This document shows, in pieces, positions 11,862 to 24,809 of a stretch of DNA of 64,000 bases. The position numbers were made by a program, and so were the translations under genes. The stretch covers positions 71,238,001-71,302,000 of the forward strand of contig NC_043000.1 in NCBI RefSeq assembly GCF_006345805.1, in the 5' to 3' direction. This DNA is from Octopus sinensis. Its lineage: Eukaryota. The notes beneath the pieces are model-generated. The model was not told the DNA's origin. It saw nothing but the letters and a program-made list of their open reading frames with translations, and searched no databases. The number at the start of each line of letters is the position of its first letter. Positions within the stretch are counted from its first letter, which is position 1.

Positions 11862-14800
11862 CATCATCATCATCATCATCATCGTTTAACGTCCGTTTTC
11901 CGCGCTAGCACGGGTTGGACGGTTTGACCGGGGTCTGGGAAGCCAGGGGCCGCTCCAGGCTCCAGTCTGATTTGGCAGAGTTTCTACGGCTGGATGCCCT
12001 TCCTAACGCCAACCACTCCGTGAGTGGATTGGGTGCTTTTTACGTGCCACCTGCACAGGGGCCGGGGGGTCCGGCATTGGTCGCGATCGGTTCGAGCTTT
12101 TAACGTGCCAGCGGCACGGGGGCAACTGGGTCCGGGGTACTTTGAATGGGTAGGGGGTATGTGGAATTGCTGCAGAAAGCAGCCCGGGTCTTTGCAGTCA
12201 CAGCATATCTCCAGAGATCTCGGTCTTTCGCCATTGCCTCAGTGAGGCCCAATGCTCTGAGGTCATGCTTGACTACCTCATCCCATGTCTTCCTGGGTCT
12301 ACCTTTCCCCCTGATACCTTCAACTGTTTGGGAGTGGCACTTCTTCACACATCTCTCTTCATCCATCCGCAACACATGACCATACCATCGCAAGCGTCGC
12401 TCTTGCACACCACATCTGATGCTTCTTATATCCAGCATTTCTCTTAGGATGCTTACACTCTGTCTTGCGTGCACACTGACACTACACATCCAGCGGATCA
12501 TGCTAGCTTCATTTCTTTCAAGTCTACGCATGTCCTCTGCAGTCAATGCCCATGTTTCATTACCATGAAGCATGGCAGTTCGCACACATGCATCATACAA
12601 TCTACCTTTCGCTCTGAGGGAGAGACCTTTTGTTGCCAGTAGGGGTAGGAGCTTTCTGAACTTTGCCCAGGCTATTCGTATTCTAGTGGTGATACTCTCT
12701 GTGCATCCACCTCCGCTACTAACTTGGTCACCCAGGTAGCGGAAACTATCAACTACTTCTAGTTTCTCTCCCTGGAGTGTGATGGAATCTGTTTTCTGAG
12801 TGTCTGTTGTGTCTATTGTCCCTGTGCATCTGCCGCACATGAAAGCTATCTTATCTATTAATTTCCCTTTAATGTTGCTGCATCTCTTATGTGTCCATAA
12901 CTTACATTGGGTGCATCTTATGGAGTTTCTACCTGTACCTTTCCTACAGATTGAGCAGGGCCACCTACCCGAGGGGGTGTGTGCTGAGTACCTCTTGCTG
13001 CTTACTAATACTTTGGTCTTTGCTACATTTATTCTAAGGCCTTTTGATTCCAACCCTTGCTTCCACACCCGAAATTTCTCTTCTAGTTCCGGTAGTGATT
13101 CTGCTATGAGAGCTAGGTCATCGGCATAGAGGAGCTCCCAGGGGCATCCCGTTTTGAATTCCTCTGTTATTGCCTGAAGGACTATGATGAATAAAAGGGG
13201 ACTGAGGGCTGAGCCCTGGTGCACACCTACTTCTACCCGGAATTCTTCACTATATTCGTTGCCAATCCTAACCTTGCTGACAGCCTCTCTGTATAGAGCC
13301 TGTACAGCCCTTATTAGCCATTCTTCAATCTCCAGTTTCCGCATCGACCACCAGATGAGGGAACGGGGAACCCTGTCAAAGGCTTTCTCCAAGTCTACAA
13401 AAGCTATGTAGAGGGGTTTATCTTTAGCTAGGTACTTCTCCTGCAGTTGTCGGACCAGGAATATAGCATCAGTGGTGCTTCTACCTGGTACAAAACCGAA
13501 CTGCATTTCATCTAAACAAATTCTCTCCCTAATGAGATGGGTTATGACCTTCTCTGAGACCTTCATCACCTGGTCCAACAGTTTGATACCTCTGTAGTTA
13601 TTTCTATCTAGAGCATCACCCTTACCCTTGTAGCAGTTGACTATGGTGCTGCTGCACCAGTCATTGGGTATGACTCCATTGTGAACTACCTGGTTTACAA
13701 TGCGGGTGACTATGGTATAGCCCACATAGCCAGCTGTTTTAAGCATCTCAGCAGTGATTCCTGATAGGCCAGGGGCTTTGCCTGGTTTCATATCCTTAAT
13801 TGCCTTATCTACAAGGGAGCTGTCTATTCGGGTAGCTGGTCCCTCTACTGGGTCAACATTTGGCAGGCTCTCCTCCTCCCATTCATTCTCCTCATTCAGC
13901 AGTCTTTCATAATGGCTTCTCCAAGCCTCTTTCTTTTCACTAGCAGTAAATGCAAGTGCCCCATCATCCATGCGGACATTTCTCTCCTATAACATCACTA
14001 TTTTCTCTGACACACTGTCTGGCAATCCGAAATACTTCAGCTCTTTGATCCTCGCGTCGCTGGACATTGGCAAACTTCTTCTTTTCTGCTACGTCTTTGG
14101 CTATGTATACCTGCCGCCCAGCCTCCCTTTTGGCTATCTGGTACATTTCCCTGCTGCCCCCATCCTTCCAGGCTTTCCAGGCCCGTCTCTTTTTACAGAT
14201 GGCTTTATCTACTGCACTATTCCACCACCACGTAATTCTAGGTCTGGAAGGGACTTTGCACCATCCACAGACTCGGTCTGTGGCACTCAGCAAGCTGTCC
14301 CGTAGGAATTCCCAGCTACCTTCTATGTCTGACGTCTGAAGCTCCTCCTCCCTCTCATCAAATTTCTTGATGAGTATGTCCCTAAATTTCTGACCATGTG
14401 AAGGGTTCTTTAGCCTCCAAATCCTTCTTTTCTGGATTGGTTTGTTTCTTGGAGTCCTTCTGGCCTCGAGCTTAAAGTCACTGATGATTAGTCTATGCTG
14501 AGGGATACATTCTTCACCCGGGAGGGTCTTTGTATTCAAGAGCAACCCTGCATCCCGCTGTCTGGTGAGGATGAAGTCTATTTGGCTAGCGGAGTCTCCT
14601 GACTGATAGGTTATGAGGTGGCAGACTGGCTTCTTGAAGTTAGTGTTGCAGATTGAAAGGTTACATGCATCACAGAATTCCAGCAGTCTAGTTCCCTCAT
14701 CATTTCTGGTGCCAATAACCATAGCCACCATGTACCCCAGTGAAGATACCCGATTCCCGCCCAACATGCCCATTAAAGTCTCCACCTACAAAGATGAGGT

Positions 14801-15230
14801 CCTTGCTACTAGTCTTTGAAGTAGCCTGCAGAAGGTTATCATAAAAGTTGTCCTTCTGATCATTTGGTAGTCCCGCTTGTGGGGCATAGGCGGAGATAAT
14901 CATAGCTGTGCCACTCTGTAGGACCAACCTGAGCTTAAGCACTCTATCGCAAACCCTGACAACCTCTATGACCTCATCCACCCATTTCTCCGCAAGGAGA
15001 ATGCCTACACCCCCTACACCTTCCACGTTACCTTGCCAGAAGAGTTTGTACCTAAGTGCCTTGCCCGTGAGGACCCTAGCCGAAGCACCTCTCCATCTTA
15101 CCTCTTGTATGCAGCATACATCAACCTGTCTTCTCTCTAGCATCTCTACAATCTCACTAGACTTGCCTGTCAATGTACCAACATTGATAGTGCCAACTCT
15201 GAAAACTGGGAAGGAGATGTGGGGGGGAGG
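11861..15230 (-). mobile_element. RTE-clade LINE, near full length (APE endonuclease, RT, Cys/His domain), two frameshifts
   Basis: Overlapping ORFs 14700-15173, 13964-14785 and 12100-13971: RVGTINVGT/CCIQEVRW and GGDFNGHVG (endonuclease), FVDLEKAFD, QGSALSPLLF, YADDL (RT), QERRLRWYGHV; (ATG)n tail at 11861-11883. Confidence 0.95.
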
Positions 15231-15561
15231 GGGGAATTCAGCGCCTGAGAAGAGGAGGGTTGTTGTGGTGGTGATAGTTTTCGTAGCATTTTTCTTTTGA
15301 TCTCTCTTCCGACCTGTCCACGCCGTGGACAGGAGCTGGTGTTAGCAGTGGACATTCGTTATCGTCACTGAGTAACGTAATTAGGTAGCGTAGTAAGGAG
15401 GAAAAATACAGATATTCTAGAGTTGAGTTGGGGGGAGTCCAGCTGAGAAAGGTTTTACCAGTGAAAAGAGGGGGAGAGATAGTAGAGGGGGTGCGGTCAA
15501 TATAGGGGAGCACCAGTGGGGAAGGTTGGGGTAAGGAGGAACGATGGCAGGAAGGGTTGGT
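15231..15561. repeat. Second copy of 9854-10180, fused to the 5' end of the minus-strand RTE
   Basis: Near-identity to the first copy; the junction with the RTE lies in a G/C run (GGGGGGGAGGGGGGAATTC). Confidence 0.95.
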
Positions 15562-15704
15562 GTATATATATATATTTATATATATATATATTATATATAT
15601 ATATTTATATATATATAATATATTTTATATATATATACATATTTATATATATATATATTTATATATATATATATATATATAATATATAAATATATGTATA
15701 TATA

Positions 15705-15737
<33 letters not shown>

Positions 15738-15812
15738 AATATATATAAAAAATATATAATATATATATATATAAATATATAAAAATATATATATATAAAT
15801 ATATATAAATAT

Positions 15813-15843
<31 letters not shown>

Positions 15844-15951
15844 CATATATATACAAATATATATATATAAATATATATATAAATATATATTAAATATATA
15901 TATATATACATATGTATATATATATAAAGATATATATATATATAAATATAT

Positions 15952-15987
<36 letters not shown>

Positions 15988-16054
15988 TATGTAAATATAT
16001 ATAAATATATATATATATATTTATATATAATATATATTTATATATATATATATT

Positions 16055-16087
<33 letters not shown>

Positions 16088-16133
16088 ATTTATATATATA
16101 TATTTATATATATATATATATATATATTATATT

Positions 16134-16168
<35 letters not shown>

Positions 16169-16229
16169 ATTTATATATATATACATATTATATATATATA
16201 TATTTATATATATATATTATATATATATA

Positions 16230-16277
<48 letters not shown>

Positions 16278-16337
16278 TATGAAAATATATATATATATAT
16301 ATATAAAATATATATAAAATATATATATATATATATA

Positions 16338-16395
<58 letters not shown>

Positions 16396-17216
16396 TATAT
16401 ATATATTAAACGACGATGATGATGATGATATATATATATATATACAAATATATATATAAATATATATATATATAAATATATATATATATACAATATATAT
16501 ATATATAAATATATTTTATATATATATAAATATATATAAAAAATATATATATATAATATATAATATATAAATATATGTATATATATGTATATATATGTAT
16601 ATATATACATACATACATACATACATACATACATACATACATACATACAAACATACATATACACATATGTACATACATACATATACACATACCTACATAC
16701 ATACATACAAACACACATACATACATACATACAAACATACATATACACATGTGTACATACATACATATACACATACCTACATACATACATACATATACAC
16801 ATACATACATATATTCATACATACATACATACATTCATACATACATACACACATACATACATACATACATACATACATACATACATACATACAAACATAC
16901 ATATACACATATGTACATACATACATATACACATACCTACATACATACATACAAACACACATACATACATACATACAAACATACATATACACATGTGTAC
17001 ATACATACATATACACATACCTACATACATACATACATATACACATACATACATATATTCATACATACATACATACATACATACATATACACATACATAC
17101 ATATATTCATACATACATACACACATACATACATACATACATACATACATACATACATACATACATACATACATACAAGTATATACTTACATACATACAC
17201 ACATACACCTATGTAT

Positions 17217-17249
<33 letters not shown>

Positions 17250-17250
17250 A
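15562..17250. repeat. About 1.7-kb compound microsatellite, (TA)n then (TACA)n
   Basis: Visible directly; source of the YIYI/HTYI pseudo-ORFs. Confidence 0.97.
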
Positions 17251-17474
17251 AATATTAGAAAAAAATCACCTTTTATCAATTCACTTTTTAATTGTTATTT
17301 TAATTTTAATTTTTCTATTATATGTAATTTAATTATTCATTTTGAATTGATAAAAGGTTCTTTTCTAATATTTTATATATATATTATATTGTGTGGAATT
17401 TGATTTAGTATTTCTAAATTGAATTCTTTTTCCTTGTAAGTTTGGATTTTATTCCCTCAAATAATAATTATATG

Positions 17475-20300
17475 GACAGAGATTTAGAGACATATTACTT
17501 GAAGCCTCTGACAAAGTAGAAGGGGATAGAGCATCACAGGGGGTAGAAGACAGCTGGACGTTTCTAAGGGACAACCTGCTGAGAGCCACTGACCAGATCT
17601 GTGGCTGGTGCAAAGTCCCCTCTGGACCTAGAATAACGTGGTGGTGGAACAATATTGTAGACAGGGCTATTAGAGAAAAGAGACAGGCTTGGAAGGTCTG
17701 GAAAAATGGGGGTAGCAGGGAATTGTATCAGACTGCCAAAAGAGAAGCTAAGAGACAGGTTTATTTAGCTAGAGGGGAAGCAGATAAGAAAAAATTTGCC
17801 AATGTTCTGCGCCGTGAGGACCAAAGACTGGAGGTGTTTCGCGTTGCAAGACAGTGTGTGAGAGAGAATCGTGATGTGGTAGGAGAGAAGTGTGTTCGCA
17901 TGGAAGATGGTTCACTTGCGCTAAATGAGGATGCAAAGAGAGAGGTTTGGAGATGCCACTATGAAAGTTTTCTGAATAAAGAAAATGAATGGGATAAAGA
18001 GAGTCTGCCGAATGTTGACCCAACAGAGGGACCAGCTATCCGAGTTGATAGTTCCGTGGTAGCTAAGGCAATTAGAAGCATGAAGACAGGAAAAGCCCCT
18101 GGCCCATCAGGAATCACTGCAGAGATGCTCAAAATGTCTGGTAGTGTCGGCTATAGCCTAGTCACCCATATAGTTAATCAGGTGATACACAAAGGAGTCA
18201 TACCCAATGACTGGTGTAGCAGCATAATAGTCAACTGCTACAAAGGTAAAGGTGACGCCCTAGATACAAATAACTACAGAGGTATCAAGCTGTTGGATCA
18301 GATGATGAAGGTTACGGAGAGGGTCATAGCCCAACTAATTAGAGAGAGAGTTAGTTTAGATGAGATGCAGTTTGGGTTTGTGCCAGGGAAAAGTACTACT
18401 GATGCTATATTCCTGGTAAGGCAGCTGCAGGAGAAATACCTAGCCAAAGATAAGCCCCTGTACCTGGCTTTTGTTGACATGGAGAAAGCCTTCGACAGGG
18501 TCCCCCGATCCCTTATCTGGTGGGCAATGAGGAAACTAGGGATAGATGAATGGTTAGTGAGAGCTGTGCGGGCCATGTATAGGGACGCTGCTAGTAGGGT
18601 GAGGGTTGGAAATGAGTACAGTGAAGAATTCCGGGTAGAGGTAGGGGTCCACCAAGGCTCAGTACTCAGCCCCCTCCTATTTATCATAGTCCTCCAGGCA
18701 ATAACGGAGGAATTCAAGACAGGATGCCCTTGGGAGCTCCTCTATGCTGATGACCTTGCTCTAATTGCTGAGTCGCTATCAGAACTGGAGGAGAAGTTTC
18801 AGGTGTGGAAACAAGGATTAGAATCGAAGGGCCTCAGAGTCAATCTAGCTAAAACCAAAGTCGTAATCAGTAGGAAGGTAGACAAATCACAAACGCCTTC
18901 AGGTAGATGGCCCTGCTCGATCTGTAGAAAAGGTGTAGGTAGAAACTCTATAAGATGCACCAAGTGTAAGCTATGGACACATAAGAGGTGCAGCAATGTC
19001 AAAGGAAGGCTAACTAGGAAGATGGTTTTTGTATGTGGCAGATGCTCAGGAACAATAAACACTGAAAATGCTCTGAGACCAACTTCCGTCACTTTCCAGG
19101 GAGAAAAACTAGAAATAGTTGATAGTTTCCGTTACCTAGGTGACCAAGTCAGCAGCAGGGGCGGGTGTGCTGAAAGTGTAACTGCTAGAGTAAGAATAGC
19201 TTGGGCAAAGTTCAGAGAACTCTTACCTCTGCTGGTGACAAAAGGCCTCTCGCACAGAGTGAAAGGCAGACTGTATGATGCATGTGTACGAACAGCCATG
19301 CTACATGGCAGTGAAACATGGGCTGTGACTGCTGAGGATATGCGTAAGCTCGCAAGAAATGAATCCAGTATCCTCCGATGGATGTGTAATGTCAGTGTTC
19401 ATAATCGACAGAGTGTAAGTACCTTGATAGAAAAGCTGGACCTAAGAAGCATCAGTTGTGGTGTGTAAGAGAGACGTTTGCGCTGGTATGGTCATGTGGC
19501 GAGAATGGATGAAGATAGTTGTGTGAAAAAGTGCCACACCCTAGCGGTTGAGGGAACCTGTGGAAGAGGCAGACCCAGGAAAACCTGGGACGAAGTGGTG
19601 AAGCACGACCTTCGAACTTTAGGTCTCACTGAGGAAATGACTAGAGACTGAGTCCTCTGGAAGTGTGTTGTGCGCGAGAAGACCCGGCAGGACAAGTGAG
19701 TCCATAACCCGTGGCCTTCTACTTGGGATGGAGCCAGCCTACGTATGCATACCTTCCCTTCTTGGGACACAAAACTCTACTTGTGAAGACCTGTTGAGGC
19801 AAGTGAGGATCAGAATCGAAATCGATCAATGGAAATTGCAGATGTGTTACCAGTGCCGGTGGCATGTCGAAACTCTACTTGTGAAGACCCGTTGAGGCAA
19901 GTGAGGATCAGAATGGAAATCGATCAATGGAAATTGCAGATGTGTTACCAGTGCCGGTGGCATGCAAGAGAACCTTCCGTTTTGCGACCGTTGCCAGCAC
20001 CGCCCTGTTTCGTGTCCGTTGCCAGCCTCGCCTGGCCCTTGTGCCGGTGGCACATAAAAAGCACCATCCGTTCGTGGCCGTTTGCCAGCTCTGTCTGGCA
20101 CCTGTGCGGGTGGCACGTAAAAAGCACCCACTACACTCACGGAGTGGTTGGCGTTAGGAAGGGCATCCAGCCGTAGAAACACTGCCAGATTTGACTGGGC
20201 CTGATGAAGCCTTCTGGCTTCACAGACCCCAGTAGAACCGTCCAACCCATGCTAGCATGGAAAACGGACGCTAAACGACGATGATGATGATGATGATGAT
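17475..20300 (+). mobile_element. RTE-clade LINE, 5'-truncated, second subfamily, premature stops near the C-terminus
   Basis: ORF 17723-19468 with RT motifs; CAA-to-TAA stop in GV*ERRLRWYGH; long 3' UTR ending TAAACGACG(ATG)n. Confidence 0.95.
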
Positions 20301-20304
20301 ATAC

Positions 20305-20370
<66 letters not shown>

Positions 20371-20417
20371 TGTATATATATATATATATAAATATGTATA
20401 TATATATATATATATAT

Positions 20418-20950
20418 GCTAGACTACCTATGACCATTGGGTCATCAATAGTTCAAGGTACCTGAAAAAACTACATATCTCAGTAACCCATGGTCCAATT
20501 TATGCGAAACTTGTTATATTCACATGAGCATCCGATTCATGATTCTGCTTTTGTCTCTTTCCCTCTGTTTTGCCAGACACTCAGCTCTCTGAACATCTGA
20601 TTCCTGATCTCTCCTGCTTTTGTTTCTTTTCCTCTGTTCCACCAGACATTCAGCCCTTGCTTTATCAGTCTCATCAATCCTATTCGCATGCCTGTCCTGA
20701 TCTTGGGTAAATATATTGTAAAGGACCCTTTCATACTTCGGTGTGAAATAATTTTTTGCACAGGTTTTTTCGAGTGCATTCAATGCATCTCACCTCCAAA
20801 CTTATCACAAACCATGTTCTTCTGGAAAAGAAAGGGGGAAAGGGTAGTGGGGACCTCAGAGTTTCCTGGGAAACTCTGAGTTTCTAACCAAAGGTGTTTT
20901 GTTTCATAGGTTTCTTTTCTTTTCCAGGTTATTTCACATGCTTTCAACAA
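20418..20950 (-). mobile_element. Helitron-like remnant with charged-repeat coding trace
   Basis: TGACC-ATTG-GGTCA hairpin shortly before CTAG; ORF 20520-20783 has RAECLxxQRxR repeats like those in Helitron Rep N-termini. Confidence 0.55.
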
Positions 20951-22210
20951 ATGTGGCTTCAAAATCACATATAAGTGGCTCCTTTCTTCAGAAAAGGAAA
21001 GATTTGGCTGCTATTTCTTGCATGCCCTACTACCACATAACAGCTATTTTGTGTCCTTTGTCACAAATAGCTGTTATGCTTCAGCTATAGGAATAAAGAA
21101 TATATTTCTAAAATCAATGTTTACTTTCTAAGGCGGTGAGCTGGAAGAAACGTTAGCAAACCAGGTGATATACTTAACTGTACTTTGTCTTTATGTTTTT
21201 GAGTTCAAATTTCGCCACGGTCAACTTTGACATACATATTATTTCATTGTTTTTTTTTTTTTTAACTAAACACTTTCAAACTTCCAATACTGGTAGAATG
21301 TGCCACATACAACAGGGTTTACTCTTAACGTTTTTGAAAAAAATTTCGTATTTTAGAAGCGGTATTTCATCTGTCTTTACGTTCTGAGTTCAAATTCCAT
21401 CAAGGTCAACTTTGCCTTTTGTCCATTTCGGATCTATTCAAGTAGACGTACAGATTATTTAATTAATTTTTTTTTACCTAAATACTTTCAAACTTCCGAT
21501 ACTGATACAATGTGTCACGTTGAACAGGGTTTACTGTTAACATTTTGGACAAAATTTTGTATTTCAGAAGTTATTTCGTCAGAAGTTACAGAGTGACAAT
21601 GGACAAATTCATGTTTGATAAGTGCCAATACATGAAACTCTCAGCTTTTGACTTAGTCTCTAACTACTGCCGTTGATATATATACATATTGCATATATGT
21701 ATAAAAAATCTTATCATGCAATCGAACCAATGAAAGAGCCTCGACCTGGTCACTTGACACACTAAAAATAGCAGCCAAAGTATCCCCCCTTCCTAAAGCA
21801 CATGCCCTGGAAATTGAAAATGATTTTTTGGTTTATAAAATGGTTTTAATTTATGGAAAACCAAATATTTACATAAAATTGAAGGTACAATAATAGCTAT
21901 TTTTTATTGCAAAATTAGTTTTACTTAAGGTGAGCCTGGTAACTGATGGTTTTGGGGTCTTGTTGTTTGTAACTTTTGGTGAGCCATGGTGCAATCAACA
22001 ACATAGTAAAAATCCCTGCCATTAATTTGGTGTGGATGGGTAATATCAAATAATTCAATCACAACATATATTTAAATTAAACATGAAAAAAAAATTGAAA
22101 TATTATCATCACTTACATGGAAAAATTGAAATATTATCTTTCAGTATTTTATAAGGTAAAATCTTAAATTATTAATTACTTTGTAACAGCAATGCCTGGA
22201 AAAATCATGA

Positions 22211-22733
22211 ATTACATGGAAAAAATGCAAGTATGAAAAGTAATATTCTTAAGATTATAAACCTGGAAAAGTACAGGACAAGTTATTACACCTGTAAAAG
22301 TATAGGATAAACTATTACTTCAAGTAAAGTAAAGAATAGAAAATTTTTTACTTAAAATATTGCAGCTAAAATTAAAATTTGAATATTAAAAATTATTTTA
22401 TTATAGTTTACAAATAACACTATAATTATTTAAGTAGAATTTGGCTAATTTACTACCTTAAATGCAGAAAAAAGTGACTAATTAGACAACCCTACAAATT
22501 AGCAGATCAGTTTTATACAATAAATTTAAAAGATGAGAACTGTAAAGAGTGATAAATTAGAAGAACTGGCAATCTTTGCTGTAATATTTTAAGTAAAACA
22601 TTTCTTATTCTTTACTTTACTTGAAGTAATAGTTTTTCCTATACTTTTACAGGTATAATAACTTGTCCTGTACTTTTCCAGGTTTATAATCTTAAGAATA
22701 TTACTTTTCAGGCTCGCATTATTCCATGTAATA
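22211..22733. repeat. AT-rich inverted repeat (about 155-bp arms, 211-bp spacer), MITE-like
   Basis: 22211-22366 is the reverse complement of 22578-22733 at high identity. Confidence 0.85.
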
Positions 22734-24809
22734 ATTTTATGTGAGAAATAATCAGCCTTTCAGATATAAAAATAAATAAATAAAATAAACAATAATAAAG
22801 AAAAGGAAACAAAAATGTACTTGTCAGTAAATAGTTCAGTGAATGGTGTGGTGGGGTATGCACAACCCCAGACACAAGTAACATGTGTACACTTCTCATT
22901 ACTCAGCAAATAACCAAGTGGGGTTGTGCATTAACTCAGTGGAGTGTGCCAAGAAATTACATGGATGGATAGCACTATCACTGCTGCCAGATGTAAGACA
23001 TACATACACAAACATCACCTGGGGCATGAGATACCCTATCACACCACCAGAGGGTTAAAGCTATGTATTCCTCACACCCATCTTCCTTTCCTTTCTTCAG
23101 TGTTTTAAAAGTTATTTGTGTGTATGTGAATTACATGTGTTTACATACGTTATGTATGCAGCATCCATCATTATATATTTTAATCGTTCATCAATTTCCC
23201 CACCATTGTTTGAAAATTTCCAAATTTAGATTCTTTCATTTAACCTTACCCTTCTCATTCAAGTTTAATGCAACTCAGCCTGCACCTCACACCTTCCTTA
23301 TACATCAGCAAAGATAGCTAAATGATTGTCAAGAGATTTATAAGTTATAGGATAGGATATATATGTGTGTGCTATGTATAAGTATATATATATATAAGCC
23401 TAGTACTTATTCTATAGATCTGTTTTGCTGAACTGCTAAATTACAGGGACATAAGCACAGCAGCAACAGTTGTCAAGCAATAGTGGGGGACAAGCAAAAA
23501 AAAAAATGCACACACACACATTAAAAATTGAAGGTTGGTGTTTGTAATATTACTTTTATTTTATGGTTGACATAATATCACAAACTCCAACCTTCAATTT
23601 TTATTATTCATACTCTCCAATGGAAATGGAATTTGTGGATTTTCTCTATATTTAAAACAACAATTTCCCAGGGTACATTGTTCTTTTGCAATTTTCAGAT
23701 AACTGCTGTCCATATTAGTGCTTCCTAAAGCAAACACCTGGATTATCTTATTCCAAATGACATAGAGTAAATATAAAATATTCATTTTAAGATAATGTTT
23801 TTGAAGCCTGATTCAAATCCTATTGCATGATGTGGAATTTAACCTTGTTGGTATTTTAAATCATATATTTATAGCTCCTTTTATATCTGTTAAATTAGGA
23901 ATTTACTTCTTGTTTTTATGGCACTCCCTTCAACAAAGTAGATTATTTTGTCTATGTTATACAGTTAAAGCAGATAGGTAGTTAACCTGGGGCCCAGGGC
24001 AAATATTTTCTTATGCAACCTGTTTCCCTTGTTGTGTATATACTCCCCAACTTGTTTATGCAGTTTAATATATCTTACATTATTCTCTGAGTTGCATGCA
24101 AAGCACAAAAGATTCAGTTTTCTTATCACCTGAAGCTAGATTGTTGTTTGAAAGAACTAGCAATTATTATTTTTTCATATAACAATAAACTGTTGGCAAG
24201 AAAGCATATCCTGTTGAATCAGTACAGTTTTTATACTTTTAACTGAGTTGAAGTTAACTTCTATGTAAGTCTTAGAAATAGGCTAACTGCTTAAATCTGG
24301 CTTGTTCTTTTCAGTTTATTCCTCTCTTAATTTATTCTGAAGGTAGTCAATATTTCAGAAGCAAAAGTCATTATTTTTTATCGTTTCATATATTAACCAA
24401 TTTAAACCAGTTATTAATCAGAGTTATTTCATGAAGCTTTATTTTGTTACTTCAAGTCTGCAGAAATTCTTATCTTCACTTTTTTCAGTTCCACCATTTG
24501 TTTTATATTTTAAAGTTGAAGTAAATAGTTATAAATATTAACATCTTATTTCAGGGTAACACAATAAAATGACATCAAATTCATTAAATTATTTTATTAA
24601 TCAGAAAACTAGGGACTCTGGTCATAATGTTTGCAGGCTTTTTCCATCTTTTTTGCTGCTGATGCCTAGTCTGAACATCTGTCAATGTCTGTAGGAAATC
24701 TGTAAGTAGGAAAGGAACTGCTTGAGCAGAGTAAACTCCTCTAAAAACAGAAAAAAGAATTACATTGTGTTAAACTGGATGATATGGTAAGCTTACCATT
24801 CCAAAACTA

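Noticed and set aside
12146-14819. Plus-strand ORFs over the RTE, and minus-strand ORFs over the shn exons and second RTE
   Set aside because: Antisense shadows of real coding sequence.
15238-15513. ORFs in the duplicated 325-bp segment as an RTE ORF1 or small gene
   Set aside because: No recognisable motif, and the two copies diverge immediately past the junction, giving different C-termini.
15643-17258. Long YIYI / MYVC / HTYI ORFs (also 4014-4461, 10135-10424, 63077-63555)
   Set aside because: Translations of (TA)n, (TACA)n and (CA)n microsatellites; not genes.
24784-24799. Perfect 16-bp palindrome ATGGTAAGCTTACCAT
   Set aside because: Single short palindrome with no supporting context; may be chance.
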